Shown one piece after another: positions 1-13,000 of a DNA stretch of 64,000 bases; position 1 is the first letter of the stretch, and each line of letters begins with the position of its first letter. Under the pieces are notes generated by a model that worked only from the letters and a program-made list of their open reading frames with translations, searched no databases and had not been told where the DNA came from. The stretch comes from Squalus acanthias (taxonomy: Eukaryota), in NCBI GenBank assembly GCA_030390025.1, contig CM059432.1, positions 134,232,001-134,296,000 of the forward strand, given 5' to 3'. The position numbers and the translations under genes were made by a program.

Positions 1-3000
1 GATAAATGCACCTGCAATATAAATGTGTTAAATACCCATGTTGTATATCTATATTAAATGCACCTGTTGTATATCTTTGTTAAATAACCCTATTGTATAT
101 CTGTGTTAATTACATCTGTTGTATATCCGTGTTCAATAGCCATGTTGTATATCTGTGTTAAATAAACCTGTCGTATATCTTTGGTAAATACCCATGTTGT
201 ATATCTATGCTAAATAAACCAGTTGTATATCTGTGTTAAATACACAAGTTGTATATCTGCACTAGATACACATGTTGTATATCTGTGTTAAATGATCATG
301 TTTTATATCTGTGTTAAATACACCTGTTGTATATCTGTGTTAAATACACATTTTGTATGTCTGTGTTAAATACAAGTGTTGTATATCTGTGCTGAATACA
401 CATGTTGTATATCTGTGTTAAATGCTCATGTTTTATATCTGTGTTAAATACGCCTGATGTATATCTGTGTTAAATACACATTTTGTATGTCTGTGTTAAA
501 TGTCTGTGTTGTATATCTGTGCTGAATACACATGTTGTATATCTGTGTTAAATGCTCATGTTTTATATCTGTGTTAAATACGCCTGATGTATATCTGTGC
601 TAAATACCCTTGTTATATATCTGTGTTAAATACACCTGTTGTATATTTTTGATAAATGCACCTGCAATATATATGTGTTAAATACCCATGTTGTATATCT
701 ATATTAAATGCACCTGTTGTATATCTTTGTTAAATAACCCTATTGTATATCTGTGTTAATTACATCTGTTGTATATCCGTGTTCAATAGCCATGTTGTAT
801 ATCTGTGTTAAATAAACCTGTTGTATATCTTTGGTAAATACCCATGTTGTATATCTATGCTAAATAAACCAGTTGTATATCTGTGTTAAATACACTTGTT
901 GTATAGCGGTGCTAAATTCAAATGTTGTAGAACTGGTTTAAGTACACCTGTTGCATATCTGTGTTAAATACACCTGTAGTATATCTGTGTTCAATACACC
1001 TGTTGTATATCTGTGTTAGATTCGCCTGTTGTATATCTGTGTTAAATACAGCTGTTGTATATCTTTGTTAAATACACCTGTTGTATATTTGTGTTAAGTA
1101 TACCTGTTGTATATCTGTGTTAAATACCAATGCTTTATATCTATGTTAAATACCCATGTTGTATATCTGTGTTAAATACACCTGCTGTATATCAGTGTTA
1201 AATGCACCTCTTGTCTATCTTTGATAAATCCCCATGTTGTACATCTGTGTTAAATACACCTGCTGTATATCAATGTTAAATACTGCTGTTGTATATCTTT
1301 ACTAAATACCCATGTTGTATATCTGTGTTAATTGCATCTGTGCTTAATACAGCTGTTGTATTTCTGTGTTAAATACGCCTGTTGTATATCTGTGTTAAAT
1401 ACATTTGTTTTATATCTGTGCTTAATATGCCTGTTGTATATGTGTGTTAAAGACACCTGTTCTATATCTGTGTGAAATACACCTGTTTTATATCTGTGTT
1501 AAATACACCTGTTGTATATCTGTGTTAAATACACCTGTTGTATATTTTTGACAAATACACCTGCTGTATATCTGTGTTAAATACCCATGTTGTATATCTA
1601 TTTTAAATGCGCCTGTTGTATATCATTGTTAAATAAACCTGTTGTATATCTGTGTTAAATACCCATGTTGTATATCTGTGTTCAATAAACTTTTTGTATA
1701 ACTATGCTAAATAAACCTGGTGTATATCTCAGTTCAATACATTTGTTGAATATCTGTGTTAAATACACATGTTGTATAGCTGTGCTAAATACAAATGTTG
1801 TAGAACTGGTTTAAGTACACCTGTTGTATATCTGTGTTAAATACACCTGTAGTATATCTGTGTTAGATTCACCTGTTGTATATCTGTGTTAAATACAGCT
1901 GTTGTATATCTTTGTTAAATACACCTGTTGTATATTTGTGTTAAATATACCTGTTGTATATCTGTGTTAAATACCAATGCTTTATATCTAAGTTCAATAC
2001 ACATGTTGTATATCTGTGTTAATTACACCTGCTGTATATCGGTGTTAAATGCACCTCTTGTATATCTGTGCTAAATACCCATGTTGTATATCTGTGTTCA
2101 ATAAACTTTTTGTATAACTATGCTAAATAAACCTGGTGTATATCTCAGTTCAAGACATTTGTTGAATATCTGTGTTAAATACACATGTTGTATAGCTGTG
2201 CTAAATACAAATGTTGTAGAACTGGTTTAAGTACACCTGTTGTATATCTGTGTTAAATACACCTGTAGTATATCTGTGTTCAATACACCTGTTGTATATC
2301 TTTGTTAAATACACCTGTTGTATATTTGTGTTAAATATACCTGTTGTATATCTGTGTTAAATACCAATGCTTTATATCTATGTTAAATATCCATGTTGTA
2401 TATCTGTGTTAAATACACCTGCTGTATATCGGTGTTAAATACCCATGTTGTGGATCTTTGCTAAATACCCATGTTGTATATCTGTGTTAAATGCATCTGT
2501 GCTTAATACACCTGTTGTATTTCTGTGTTAAATGCGCCTGTTGTATATCTGTGTTAAATACACTTGTTTTATATCTGTGCTTAATATACCTGTTGTATAT
2601 TTGTGTTAAAGACACCTGTTGTATATCTGTGTGAAATACACCTGTTTTATATCTGTGTTAAATACACCTGTTGTATATCTGTGTTAAATACACCTGTTGT
2701 ATATCTGTGCTAAATACACATGTTGTATATCTGTTTTAAAAAAGCATGTAGAATATCTGTTCAATACACCTATTTATATCTGAGTAAAATGCTCACGTAT
2801 ATCTGTGTTAAATACACGTGTTGAATAGCTGTGTAAAATATACATGTTGTATGCATGTGTTAAATACACAATTTGCATATTTGTTAAAGGCACTTGGTTA
2901 TTTCTATCTAAAAACACATGTTGTATATCTGATAAATACACCTACTGTATACCTGTGTAAAATATACATGTTGTATACCTGTATAAAATACCCATGTTGT

Positions 3001-3020
3001 ATATCTGTGTTAAATACACA
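1..3020. repeat. AT-rich 26-bp satellite array, block 1 (unit about CTGTTGTATATCTGTGTTAAATACAC)
   Basis: Continuous tandem repetition of a 26-nt unit. Higher-order duplications are visible (sequence at 1 recurs at 651, and 341 recurs at 471). Runs off the left edge of the window. Confidence 0.95.
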
Positions 3021-3569
3021 TAGAATCATAGGCCGCGATTTTGCCGGCACTCAGATGGCGGGTTTGGAGACGGTTCAATAGTGAAAATCTAAATGATTGA
3101 TGGCGCATTACGAACCCGCTGCCATCCCGCCTCCACGCAATTTTGCAAAGTGTCGGGTCTGGGAGTCCCGATCAGACCCGACATCAAGCGGCGGGAGAGG
3201 CATTTAAGGCAGTTAACAGCTTGTTAATTGCCTACATCATCCCATTTTAACAGGCTCTTCCCATTTTACGACATTTTCAGCATGTTCCACATCGTGCGCC
3301 AAACACGCCAGCTGATTGCGCCGGGTTCAGCAACTACCTGAATTCTTGGCAGCTGCACCTGCAGTATAAAAGCGGACCTGTAACATGGCTGACTTTCAGA
3401 TGGCAGAACTTTGTGTTTTGAGGTGTTGAAACATATTTTGCAGGTCTATTGTGTTTGTAAGTGTTTAAGCTGAGATCCATATGCACTGTGACCTCCTGGG
3501 AAAGCCCTCTCCCCACATTGACTGAGCGCTTATAACATCTATTCCTCAACTGAGATATATACCAGCGGA

Positions 3570-4781
3570 ATGGGAACCATTTATACCCTCTCATCCTGGT
3601 CCTCAGAATCGGAGGAAGAACAGCCGCGGCAGCAGCAGAACCAGGCACAACAGCAGCAGCAACAGCAGGAGCGCCAACCTCCTCCTCAGCCACAGAGCAG
3701 AGGGCGTTAGCGCAGGGCTGCACCGCGCCGCAGGAGATACCCCCAACACAGGGTTTACAGGCAGAGGATGAGCTTCCTCAACATGACTGAGCAGCAGTGC
3801 CAAAGGAGGCTGAGACTTTCGCGAGCGGTAGTTGCTAACATCTACACAATGCTGCACCAACACCTGCAGCCCAGAGGAGCGGGTGGACAATCCTTACCAG
3901 TGACTGTCAAAGTCACCACCGCACTCAATTTTTTTGCTTCAGGGTCCTTCCAGGGATCATCAGCAGACATCAGCGGCATCTCCCAGTCGGCCGCACACAC
4001 TTGCATCATGCAGGTTACCGATGCCCTCTTTGCAAAGTCACACCATTACATCCACTTCTCCATGGATGAAGCAAGTGTAACCGCGCGTGCGGTTGGCTTT
4101 GCAAATATGGCAGGCTTCCCAAGGGTGCAGGGTGTCGTACACTGCACACATGTGGCTATTAGGGCACTCCATCACAACCCAGCTGTATTTGTCAACCACA
4201 AGGGCTTCCACTCCCTTAACGTCCAGCTGGTGTGTAACCACAGGAAGAACATTATGCATGTTTGCGCCAAGTTCCCTGGCAGTTGCCATGACTCGTTCAT
4301 CCTGCGGCAGTCTACTGTGCCTCAGCTGTTCAATCCGCCAACCCAACTTTCGGGATGGCTACTTGGAGACAAGGGCTATCCCCTGAAGACGTGGCTAATG
4401 ACACCGATGAGGAGGCCATCAAACGAAGCTGAGGAGCGCTACGATGCAAGCCACATTTCCACCAGAGGCATCATCAAGCAAACCATCAGCTTGCTCAGAA
4501 TGTGATTCAGATGCCTCAACAGATCAGTTGGAGCCCTACAGTACTCACCAGCCAGGGTCTCCAGAATCATCGTGGTCTGCTGTGCACTGCACAACATTGC
4601 ACAGCAGCGTGGCTTACCACTGCCTGAGGAACAAGTGGCTCAGCGCACAGCCTCCTCAGAGGAGGAGGAGGAGGAGGAGGAGGAAGACCTTACGGAGGCG
4701 GATGGGCCAGTTCCACCAGCACGTGACCACATTGCTGTCCATGAGGCAAGGGATGCATTAATTCATGCCAGATTCGCTTAA
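3570..4781 (+). pseudogene. Harbinger (HARBI1-like DDE_Tnp_4) transposase pseudogene
   Basis: One frame from ATG 3570 to TAA 4781 with in-frame stops at 3708 (TAG) and 4503 (TGA in M*FRCL). Motifs [60 protein letters not shown]. The first catalytic D appears as H and the E as K. AATAAA at 4864. Confidence 0.9.
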
Positions 4782-5066
4782 GTTTACGAAGCAAACACAT
4801 GTGGCTGCCACTTGGAAATGAGTGTCTGGCCGACCTTCTTAACACACCATACACCATCTGTACAATAAACTGTGGGTTCCTATCACTCTCACCACCATCA
4901 TTACAGATGAAAGGCGCCCTGACACCTCACTGTGACACTTCAATTTCTGGGCACACATAGGCCAACTCTTTGAATCTTTGCCATTGCATTCTTTATTACA
5001 ATTGAAATAACGATAATAATCTTCACTTTGTATTACATCAAAACACCCAAGTGACTACCCTTGTGA

Positions 5067-6981
5067 CTATTTGTGTGTTAACTTTCTCTTACGCGTGCTT
5101 CTACGTGGTGCTTCCCCTGTGGTTTCAGCAGATGTTGAGGCACCTTGCTCACTTTCATGCTGCTCCTGCTTCGACACCTTTGGCAGGTGTCCTCTGGGTT
5201 TGGGAGCCTGGGAGGACTCGGCAACAGTCTGCTCCTCCTGCGGCTGTGCAGGGGCTGAGACGGCCATCTCAGTTGGGTGAGGAATCTAGATCTCTGACCG
5301 AGGGCTCCACAGTGGCATGGGATTCTGAGCGCTTGGAGAGGAGCCCACACTTCCTTGTTGTCGACCACCAAGATCCCTCTCATGGGTCGCCCGCACTTCA
5401 CTGCTAGCAAATAGCTGGACAGCACCTTGCTGCACGTCAGTGGGGCCATGAGGACCTGTCTCTGTACTGACAGTCCTCATAAAGGGGTCGTCCATGTACC
5501 TCTGGTTCCTCTCCTCACTAAATGTCCATCTATCCTCCATAGCAGCCCATCTATTTCGAAGAGTCACCATGTTCATTTGCATCTGCCAATTTATGTCCTC
5601 CATGGAGGTTGCTATCCTTTCCATGGCGGCACTTATATGCACCATTGAGTGCCCCACGGCATTGCTCATGTTTGAGATAGACTCCTGCATTCTCTGCGCA
5701 CTCGCAGTTACAGTGGTCGCAAACCCTGTCAGAGACTCCTGCACTTGTTCCTGAAGTTCCAGCACCGCTCTCTTTCTGGATGGCCCCAGAGGCACAAGGT
5801 CCACATGCAGCTGAGCAGAGCGAGGAGAGTCCTGCGGCCTCCAACGAGGACCCTCCACTGCTGTCCCTGTCTCCAACATCTGCTGATGCTCACTTGTGAG
5901 CTGTGATGCACCAGGTGACAACACTAATCTACCTCGCGAATGACCCACCGAGGTGCGCGTCTCTGCGCTGGTGCTGGCTGCGCTCAATTCTGCTGACACT
6001 GCGCCCTCAGAGGTTGCAGCTTCCTCTGAGGAGTCTTCCAGCTCTTCCTCCTGGACAGTGGGGAGGGGGGCTCTCGATGGTCCTGAGGGGGAGTAAAGGC
6101 ATGAGTTAGACATGTAATATTAACGTAGCAGGTACATCGAATTGTGCAGATGATCAGAACTCAATCTGTATGAACATCAGATGCCATATCAGTCACTCAT
6201 GCAATCTAACTGAGAGGATTGCAAATCTATTCTGTCACCAGCTTGCTCTACTGTGCCCGTCTTTCCGTCCCCCACTTCCAGCTCCTCAGCACCTCTGATG
6301 ATGTCGAGAGCAGCCTCCTCAGCGATGGTCAAGTGCGCCATGGAAGGTGGCCCTCCTCCTGTCCTCCCCCTCTCCCTCTTATTGTGGGCTCTCTTTTCCT
6401 GCAATGAGGGAGACAAGTGGAGTTTGAGCGAGATTGTTGGAGTGAGTGTAGAGAATACATAGCATAGATGCTTAGAGGGAGACAAAGATGGAGTGAGGTG
6501 GCAATACCAAGGGCACTCCCTGTGAGTTGTTAGTTGTTGACATTGCATAACAGTGATAGGGAGTTTGAGGGGTGCATAGTAGAATGGTGGAGTGATTCTG
6601 TACATAGAGAGAGAGGGATGGTTAAGGGAGCAAGGAATGTAAGGGTAAAGTGAGATGTGCAGGAGTAGGTTGGCAATGCAGAGTGCTGGTGATGAGAGGA
6701 GATGGGGAGCAGATTGAAGGTAAGTGTGATGTTATACTCACTTTTGTTGAGTGTAGCAGATCATTGAACCTTTTCTTGCACTGAACCCAGCTGCGTGCAC
6801 ACAAAGACCTGGCGCTCACCTCCTCAGTAATTTGCAGCCAGGCTGCCTTGGTTTGCTGAGGAGGCTTCCTCCATCCATTTGAGGGGAACAGTACCTCTTG
6901 GCGCCCTCTCACTCCCTCCACAAGAGCATGGAGGGAGTCATCATCGAATCTTGGAGAGGCCTTTGATCTTGAAGCAGTCAT
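5067..6981 (-). pseudogene. Harbinger Myb/SANT-like DNA-binding partner gene, 3 exons (6742-6981, 6239-6398, 5067-6082)
   Basis: Exon 1 PRFDDDSLHALVEGV...AAWLQITEEV...RSWVQCKKRFNDL is a trihelix/Myb-like motif. Exon 2 has RERGRTGGGPP. GT-AG sites join in phase (AAA|gtgagt, cag|GAA, G|gtgaca, cag|GA). One in-frame TAG at 5286-5288 precedes the basic tail PRRSTRKRKLTHK. Minus-strand AATAAA at 4992-4997. Confidence 0.8.
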
Positions 6982-7252
6982 TTCGCTATGTGCCACACTG
7001 AGAAGCATCAGAATATGAATGAAACACCACAAGGCTGCATGGGCCCCTTAAATGCAGCTAAATGGAAGATGTCAGCAGAGGCAAGCAGCAGACCCGAACC
7101 CACTGACTGGGCCGGGTAACGCGCATAATGGGCTTAATCAGCCCACTTAAGGGAAAATCGTTATTTCAGAGCGGATTAAACCGGCAGCGGGACCGGAACC
7201 CGCCGAACAGCCAACCCGACTCCAACCTGCCGCCGAGGGTAAACTCACGGCC

Positions 7253-10056
7253 ATAGAGTCATAACGGCACAGAAGGAGGCCATTTGACCCATCGAGTCTG
7301 TGCCAGCTCTCTGTAGACCAATTCAGTCAGTCCCATTCCCCCGCTCTATCCCCGTAGCCCTGCAAGTTTATTTCCCTCAAGTGCCTATCCAGTCTCCCCT
7401 TGAAAACATTGAGTGTCTCCGCTTCCACCACTTCCGTCGGCAGCGAGTTCCAGGTCCTCACCACTCCCTGTGTAAAAAGGATTTTCCTCACATCCCCCCT
7501 GTATCTCTTGCCCAAAACCTTAAATCTGTGTCCCCTAGTCCTTGTACCATCAACTAGTGGGAACAGCCTTTCCCCGTCTAGCCTATCCAAACCCATCATA
7601 ATCTTGTACACCTCTATCAAATCACCCCTCAAACTCCTTTGCTCTAATGAAAACAAATCCAGCTACTCCAATGTGTCCTTGTAACTAAGATCCCCCATCC
7701 CTGGAACCATTCTGGTAAATCTCCTCTGCACTCTCTCAAGTGCCTTCACATCCATCCTAAAGTGTGGTGACCAGAACTGGACGCAATACTCCAGTTGTGG
7801 CCTAACCAGCGCTTTATAAAGGTTCAGCATGACTTCTTTACTTTTGTACTCAATACCCCTATTTATGAAGCCCAAGATCCCATATGCTTTGCTAACCACT
7901 CTCTCAATATGTCCCGCCACCTTCAGGGACCTATGCACATTAACTCCCAGGTCCCTCTGTCCCTGCACACTCTTTAAAACTATGCCATTAAGTGTATATT
8001 GCCTCTCCCTATTCTTTCTGCCAAAATGCATCACCTCACACTTTTCTGTATTAAATTCCATCTGCCACTTGTCTGCCCATTCTGCTATCCTTTCTATGTC
8101 CTGTTGCAGTCGATTGGTATCATCCTCACTGTTTGCCATACCCCCAAGTTTGGTGTCATCGGCAAATTTAGAAATTTTACTCTCTATTCCAATATCCACG
8201 TCATTTATATAGATCAAAAAAAGCACTGGCCCCAGCACTGACCCTTGGGGAACACCACTGTCTACCATCCTCCAGTCTGAAAAACAGCCATTTACCACAA
8301 CTTGCTGTTTTCTGTCCTTAAGCCAATTCCTTATCCAAGCTGCCACTGACCCACCTATTCCATGAGCCTCAATTTTGTTAACCAGCCTTCTATGTGGTAC
8401 TTTGTCAAATGCCTTCCTAAAATCCATGTAGACAACATCCATTGCATTCCCTTCATCAATCCTCCCTGTTACTTCATCAAAAAATTCAATTAGATTAGTC
8501 AAACACGACCTGCCTTTTACAATTCCGTGTTGGCTCTCCTTAATTAGCTTAAACCTCTCCAAGTGCCTGTTAATTTTTTCCTTGATTATTGTTTCTAAAA
8601 CTTTACACACCACTGATGTTAAACTGACCGGCCTGTAGTTACTAGAATTGTCCTTACACCCTTTCTTGAACAATGGTGTCACATTTGCCACTTTCCAATC
8701 CTCAGGCACCTCCCCCACATCTAGGGAAGATTGGAAAATTATGGCAAGCCCTTCCGCTATCTCCTCCCCCAATTCCCTTAGCAACCTCGGATGCAAGCCA
8801 TCTGGACCAGGCGACTTATCCACTCTAAGCATACCCAGCCTTTCTAGTACACCTGTCTATCCATTTTCACCCCTTCCATTGCTTCTACCTTTTCCACTTC
8901 TACCGATATTTTGTCAGCATCCACCTCCTTAGTAAACACCGATACAAAGTACTCATTGAGTATTCTAGCCTTGCCCTGCGCCTCTAAGCATATATCACCT
9001 TCTTTGTCCCTAATAGGCCCCACCTTGCCTCTTACTATCTGCTTACTGTTTACATGCCGGTAGAAGATGTTTGGGTTCCCTTTTATGTTAACCGCCATTC
9101 TACTCTCATATTCTCTCTTTGCCAATCTTATTTTCATCTTCACATCCCCTCTCAACTTATTGTATTTGGTCCAGTTCTCTCTTGAAGAATTCACCTGACA
9201 TTCATCACACACCCTCTTTTTTTGTTTCATCGTCTTCTCTATCTCCCTCGTCATCCAAGGAGCCCTTGCTTTGGTTCCCTTACCCTTCCCTCTTGTTGGA
9301 ATATACCTAGCCTGTACTTGGAACATCTCCTCCTTAAAGATCACCGATTGTTCCGTTACAGTTTTTCCTGTCAGTCTTTGGTTCCATTTTACCCTGGCTA
9401 GATCCTTTCGCATCCCACTCTAGATTGTTCCTTGCTCCTCTCCATTGCTAATCTAAATCTTATGATATGATGATCACTCATACCCAAGTGTTCACCCACA
9501 GACACTTGGTCGACCTGGCCCACCTCATTCCCCAGCACCAGATCCTGCAATGCCTCCTTCCTAGTTGGGCCAAGAACATACTGGTCAAGGAAATTCTCCT
9601 GAACACATTTCAGAAATTCCTCCCCCTCCTTTCCCTTTACCCTAGCATTATCCCAATTGATATTTGGGTAATTAAAGTCCCCCAATATCACCACTCTATA
9701 GCTCTTGCATATCTCTGTGATTTCCCTGCAGATTTGCTCCACTACCTCCCTCTCACTATTTGGAGGCCTGTAGAATACCCCCAATAGCGTGATCATACCC
9801 TTTTTGCTCCTCAACTCCAACCAAATGGATTCTGTCCTTGTCCCCTCAAGAACATCCTCCCTTTCCAACACTACAATGTCTTCCTTAATCAACACTGCTA
9901 CCCCCACCTCCCTTTTTTCCTTCCCTATCTTTTCTGAACACCTTGTACCCTTGAATATTAAGCGCCCAGTCCTCACCGTTTTTAAGCCACGTTTCCGTTA
10001 TTGCCACAACATCATATTGCCACACGGCTAATTGTGCTTGTAGCTCACCAACCTTA
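7253..10056 (-). mobile_element. CR1 LINE 'A', 3' part (APE endonuclease and reverse transcriptase, disrupted); extreme 3' tail at 3021-3030
   Basis: ORFs 7663-8832 (KSPGPDG, NYRPVSLTS, GVPQGSVLGP, KFADD), 9398-9976 (GVFYRPP, GDFN, SDH) and 7327-7656. Has frameshifts and stops, and a CR1-type short-repeat tail. Confidence 0.93.
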
Positions 10057-13000
10057 CGAACATAAGAACATACGAATTAGGAGCAAGACTAGGCCACTCG
10101 GCCCCTCGAGCCTGCTCCGCCATTCAATTAGATCATGGCTGATCTGATTACTCCACATTTCCGCCTACCCCCAATAACCTTTCACCCCCTTGCTTATCAA
10201 GAATCTATCTGCCTCTGCCTTAAAAATATTCAAAGACTCTGCTTCCACCGCCCTCTGAGGAAGAGAGTTCCAAAGACTCACGACCCTCTGTGAGAAAAAA
10301 TTTCTCATCTCTGTCTTAAATGGGTGACCCTTTATTTTTAAACATTGACCCCTAGTTCTAGATTCTCCCACAAGAGGAAACATCCTCTCCACATCCACCC
10401 TGTCAAGACCCCTCAGGATCTTATATGTTTCAATCAAGTCACCTCTTACTCTTCTAAACTCCAACAGATACAAGCCTAGTCTGTCCAACCTTTCCTCATA
10501 AGACAACCTGCCCATTCCAGGTATTAGTCTAGTAAACCTTCTCTGAGCTGCTTCCAACGCATTTACATCCTTCCTTAAATAAGGAGACCAATACTGTACA
10601 CAGTACTCCAGATGTGGTCTCACCAATGCCCTGTATAACTGAAGCATAACCTCCCTACTTTTGTATTCAATTCCCCTCGCAATAAACGATAACATTCTAT
10701 TAGCTTTCCTAATTACTTGCTGTACCTGCATACTAACCTTTTGTGATTCATGCACGAGGACACCCAGATCCCTCTGCATCTCAGAGCTCTGCAATCTCTC
10801 ACCATTTAGATAATATGCTTCTTTTTTATTCTTCCTGCCAAAATGGACAATTTCACATTTTCCCACATTATACTCCATTTGCCAGATCTTTGCCCACTCA
10901 CTTAACCTATCTATATCCCTTTGTAGCCTCCTTATGTCCTCTTCACAATTTACTTTCCTACCTATCTTTGTGTCATCGGCAAATTTAGCAACCATACCTT
11001 CGGTCCCTTCATCCAAGTCATTTATATAAATTGTAAAAAGTTGAGGCCCCAGCACTGATCCCTGTGGCACACCACTCGTTACATCTTACCAACCAGAAAA
11101 TGACCCATTTATGCCTACTCTCTGTTTCCTGTTAGCTAGCCAATCTACTATCCATGCCAATATGTTACCCCCAACACCATGAGCTTTTATTTTCCGCAAT
11201 AACCTTTAATGTGGCACCTTATCAAACGCCTTCTGGAAATCTTAGTACAGCACATCCACCGGTTCCCCTTTATCCACAGCACATGTTACTTCCTCAAAAA
11301 ACTCCAATAAATTGGTTAAACATGATTTCCCTTTCACAAAACCATGTTGACTCTGCCTGATTACCTTGAACTTTTCTAAGTGCCCTGCTATAACATCTTT
11401 AATAATAGCTTCGAGCATCTTCCCTATGACAGATGTTAAGCTAACTGGCCTATAGTTTCCTGCTTTCTGTCTCCCTTCCCTTTTGAATAAAGGAGTTACA
11501 TTCGCTATTTTCCAATCTAATGGAACCTTCCCCGAATCTAGGGAATTTTGGAAAATTAAACCAACGCATCAACTATCTCACTAGCCACTTCTTTTAAGAC
11601 CCTAGGATGAAGTCCATCAGGACCCGGAGACTTGTCAGCCCGCAGCTCCAACAATTTTCTTAGTACCACTTCCCTGGTGATTGTAATTTTCTTGAGTTCC
11701 TCCCTCCCTTCCCTTTCCTGATTTACAGCTATTTCTGGGATGTTACTTGTATCCTCTATAGTGAAGACTAATGCAAAATACCTGTTCAATTCAACTGCCA
11801 TCTCCTTATTTTCCATTATTAATTCCCCAGACTCACTTTCTATAGGACCAACGCTCACTTTGTTAACTCTTTTCTTTTTTAAATATCTATAGAAACTCTT
11901 ACTATCTGTTTTTATATTTCTAGCTAGCTTTCTCTTGTACTCTAATTTTTCTCTCCTTATTAATCTTTTAGTCATTCTTTGCTGTTTTTTATATTCTGTC
12001 CAATCTTCTGACCTGCCACCCATCTTTGCGCAATTATATGCTTTTTCTTTAAGTTTGATACTATCTTTAACTTTTTTAGTTAACCTCGGATGGTGGGTCC
12101 TCCCCTTGGAATTTTTCTTTCTCGTTGGTATGTATATATTCTGTGTATTCCAAAATATCCCCTTAAATGTCTGCCACTACAACTCTATTGACCTATCCCT
12201 TAACCTCATTTGCCAGTTCACTTTAGCTAGCTCTGCTTTCATGCCCTCATAATTGCCCTTATTTAAGTTTAAAATATTAGTCTTGGACCCACTCTTCTCT
12301 CCCTCAAACTGAATGTAAAATTCAATCATATTCGCCCAGAAATTCGGGTCGGAGGCTTCCCGTGGGTGCAAGCATAGTGGGTGCACTTACATAGCACGCC
12401 TGCCGTTGTGCTGTGGGCCCGCATGGGATTCCGATCCTGGGCCTCCTCCAGCTGCCGGTGTGCAGTGCTCGCGTATCCCAGCGGCGCAACTAGTTTGCAG
12501 CGTCCCCTGGGATCACATGGGCCATGGGGAGCCAATCGGAGCAGGGAATCTACATTCATAGATTTGACAGGAAGACCTGTCAAATCTATGAATAGAGATC
12601 GGCCCCAAAACCTAAGTAAAACTTCAAATAATTTTTTTTTAAAACATCACATTTTTAAAATAACTATAAATTACATAAATTAACTATTTTAAACAAAAAT
12701 TAAAATTTTTGAAAAAATCTATTAAAGTTTTTAAAGGGGCTAAAAATAAACTTACCTTTCTTTAAAGTATTTAAAAATGATAAACCTGTGGAAAAAATGT
12801 TTCAATTTTACTTAATTCACCTCTTACCTTGTTAAAAGCAGGCCTTGCGCCTGCTTTTTCCACGCGCAGCTGCTAGAGACTTACCCGCACGGAGAAACCT
12901 GTAAAAAAAGCGGAAGTTCGATGCGTACGCGCTGCCTCTCCCACGCACACGGCTGACCCGCAAACCCCTTCCTTCAAGAGACTGGAAGTTCCGTTTTCCC

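Larger units (their letters stand above)
3031..7252 (+). mobile_element. Full-length PIF/Harbinger DNA transposon (inactivated)
   Basis: Imperfect TIRs ggccgcgattttgcc / ggtaaactcacggcc (12/15). 3-bp TSD ATA at 3028-3030 and 7253-7255. Removing it restores the CR1 tail tagaatcatagagtcata. Carries convergent transposase and Myb/SANT genes. Confidence 0.92.

Noticed and set aside
2818..3081. Satellite-derived ORFs (also 26427-27004)
   Set aside because: Chance open frames in the 26-bp repeat.
3768..4505. Domesticated host HARBI1 gene
   Set aside because: It lies within TIRs and a TSD with a Myb partner, and has nonsense and catalytic mutations, so it is a transposon copy.
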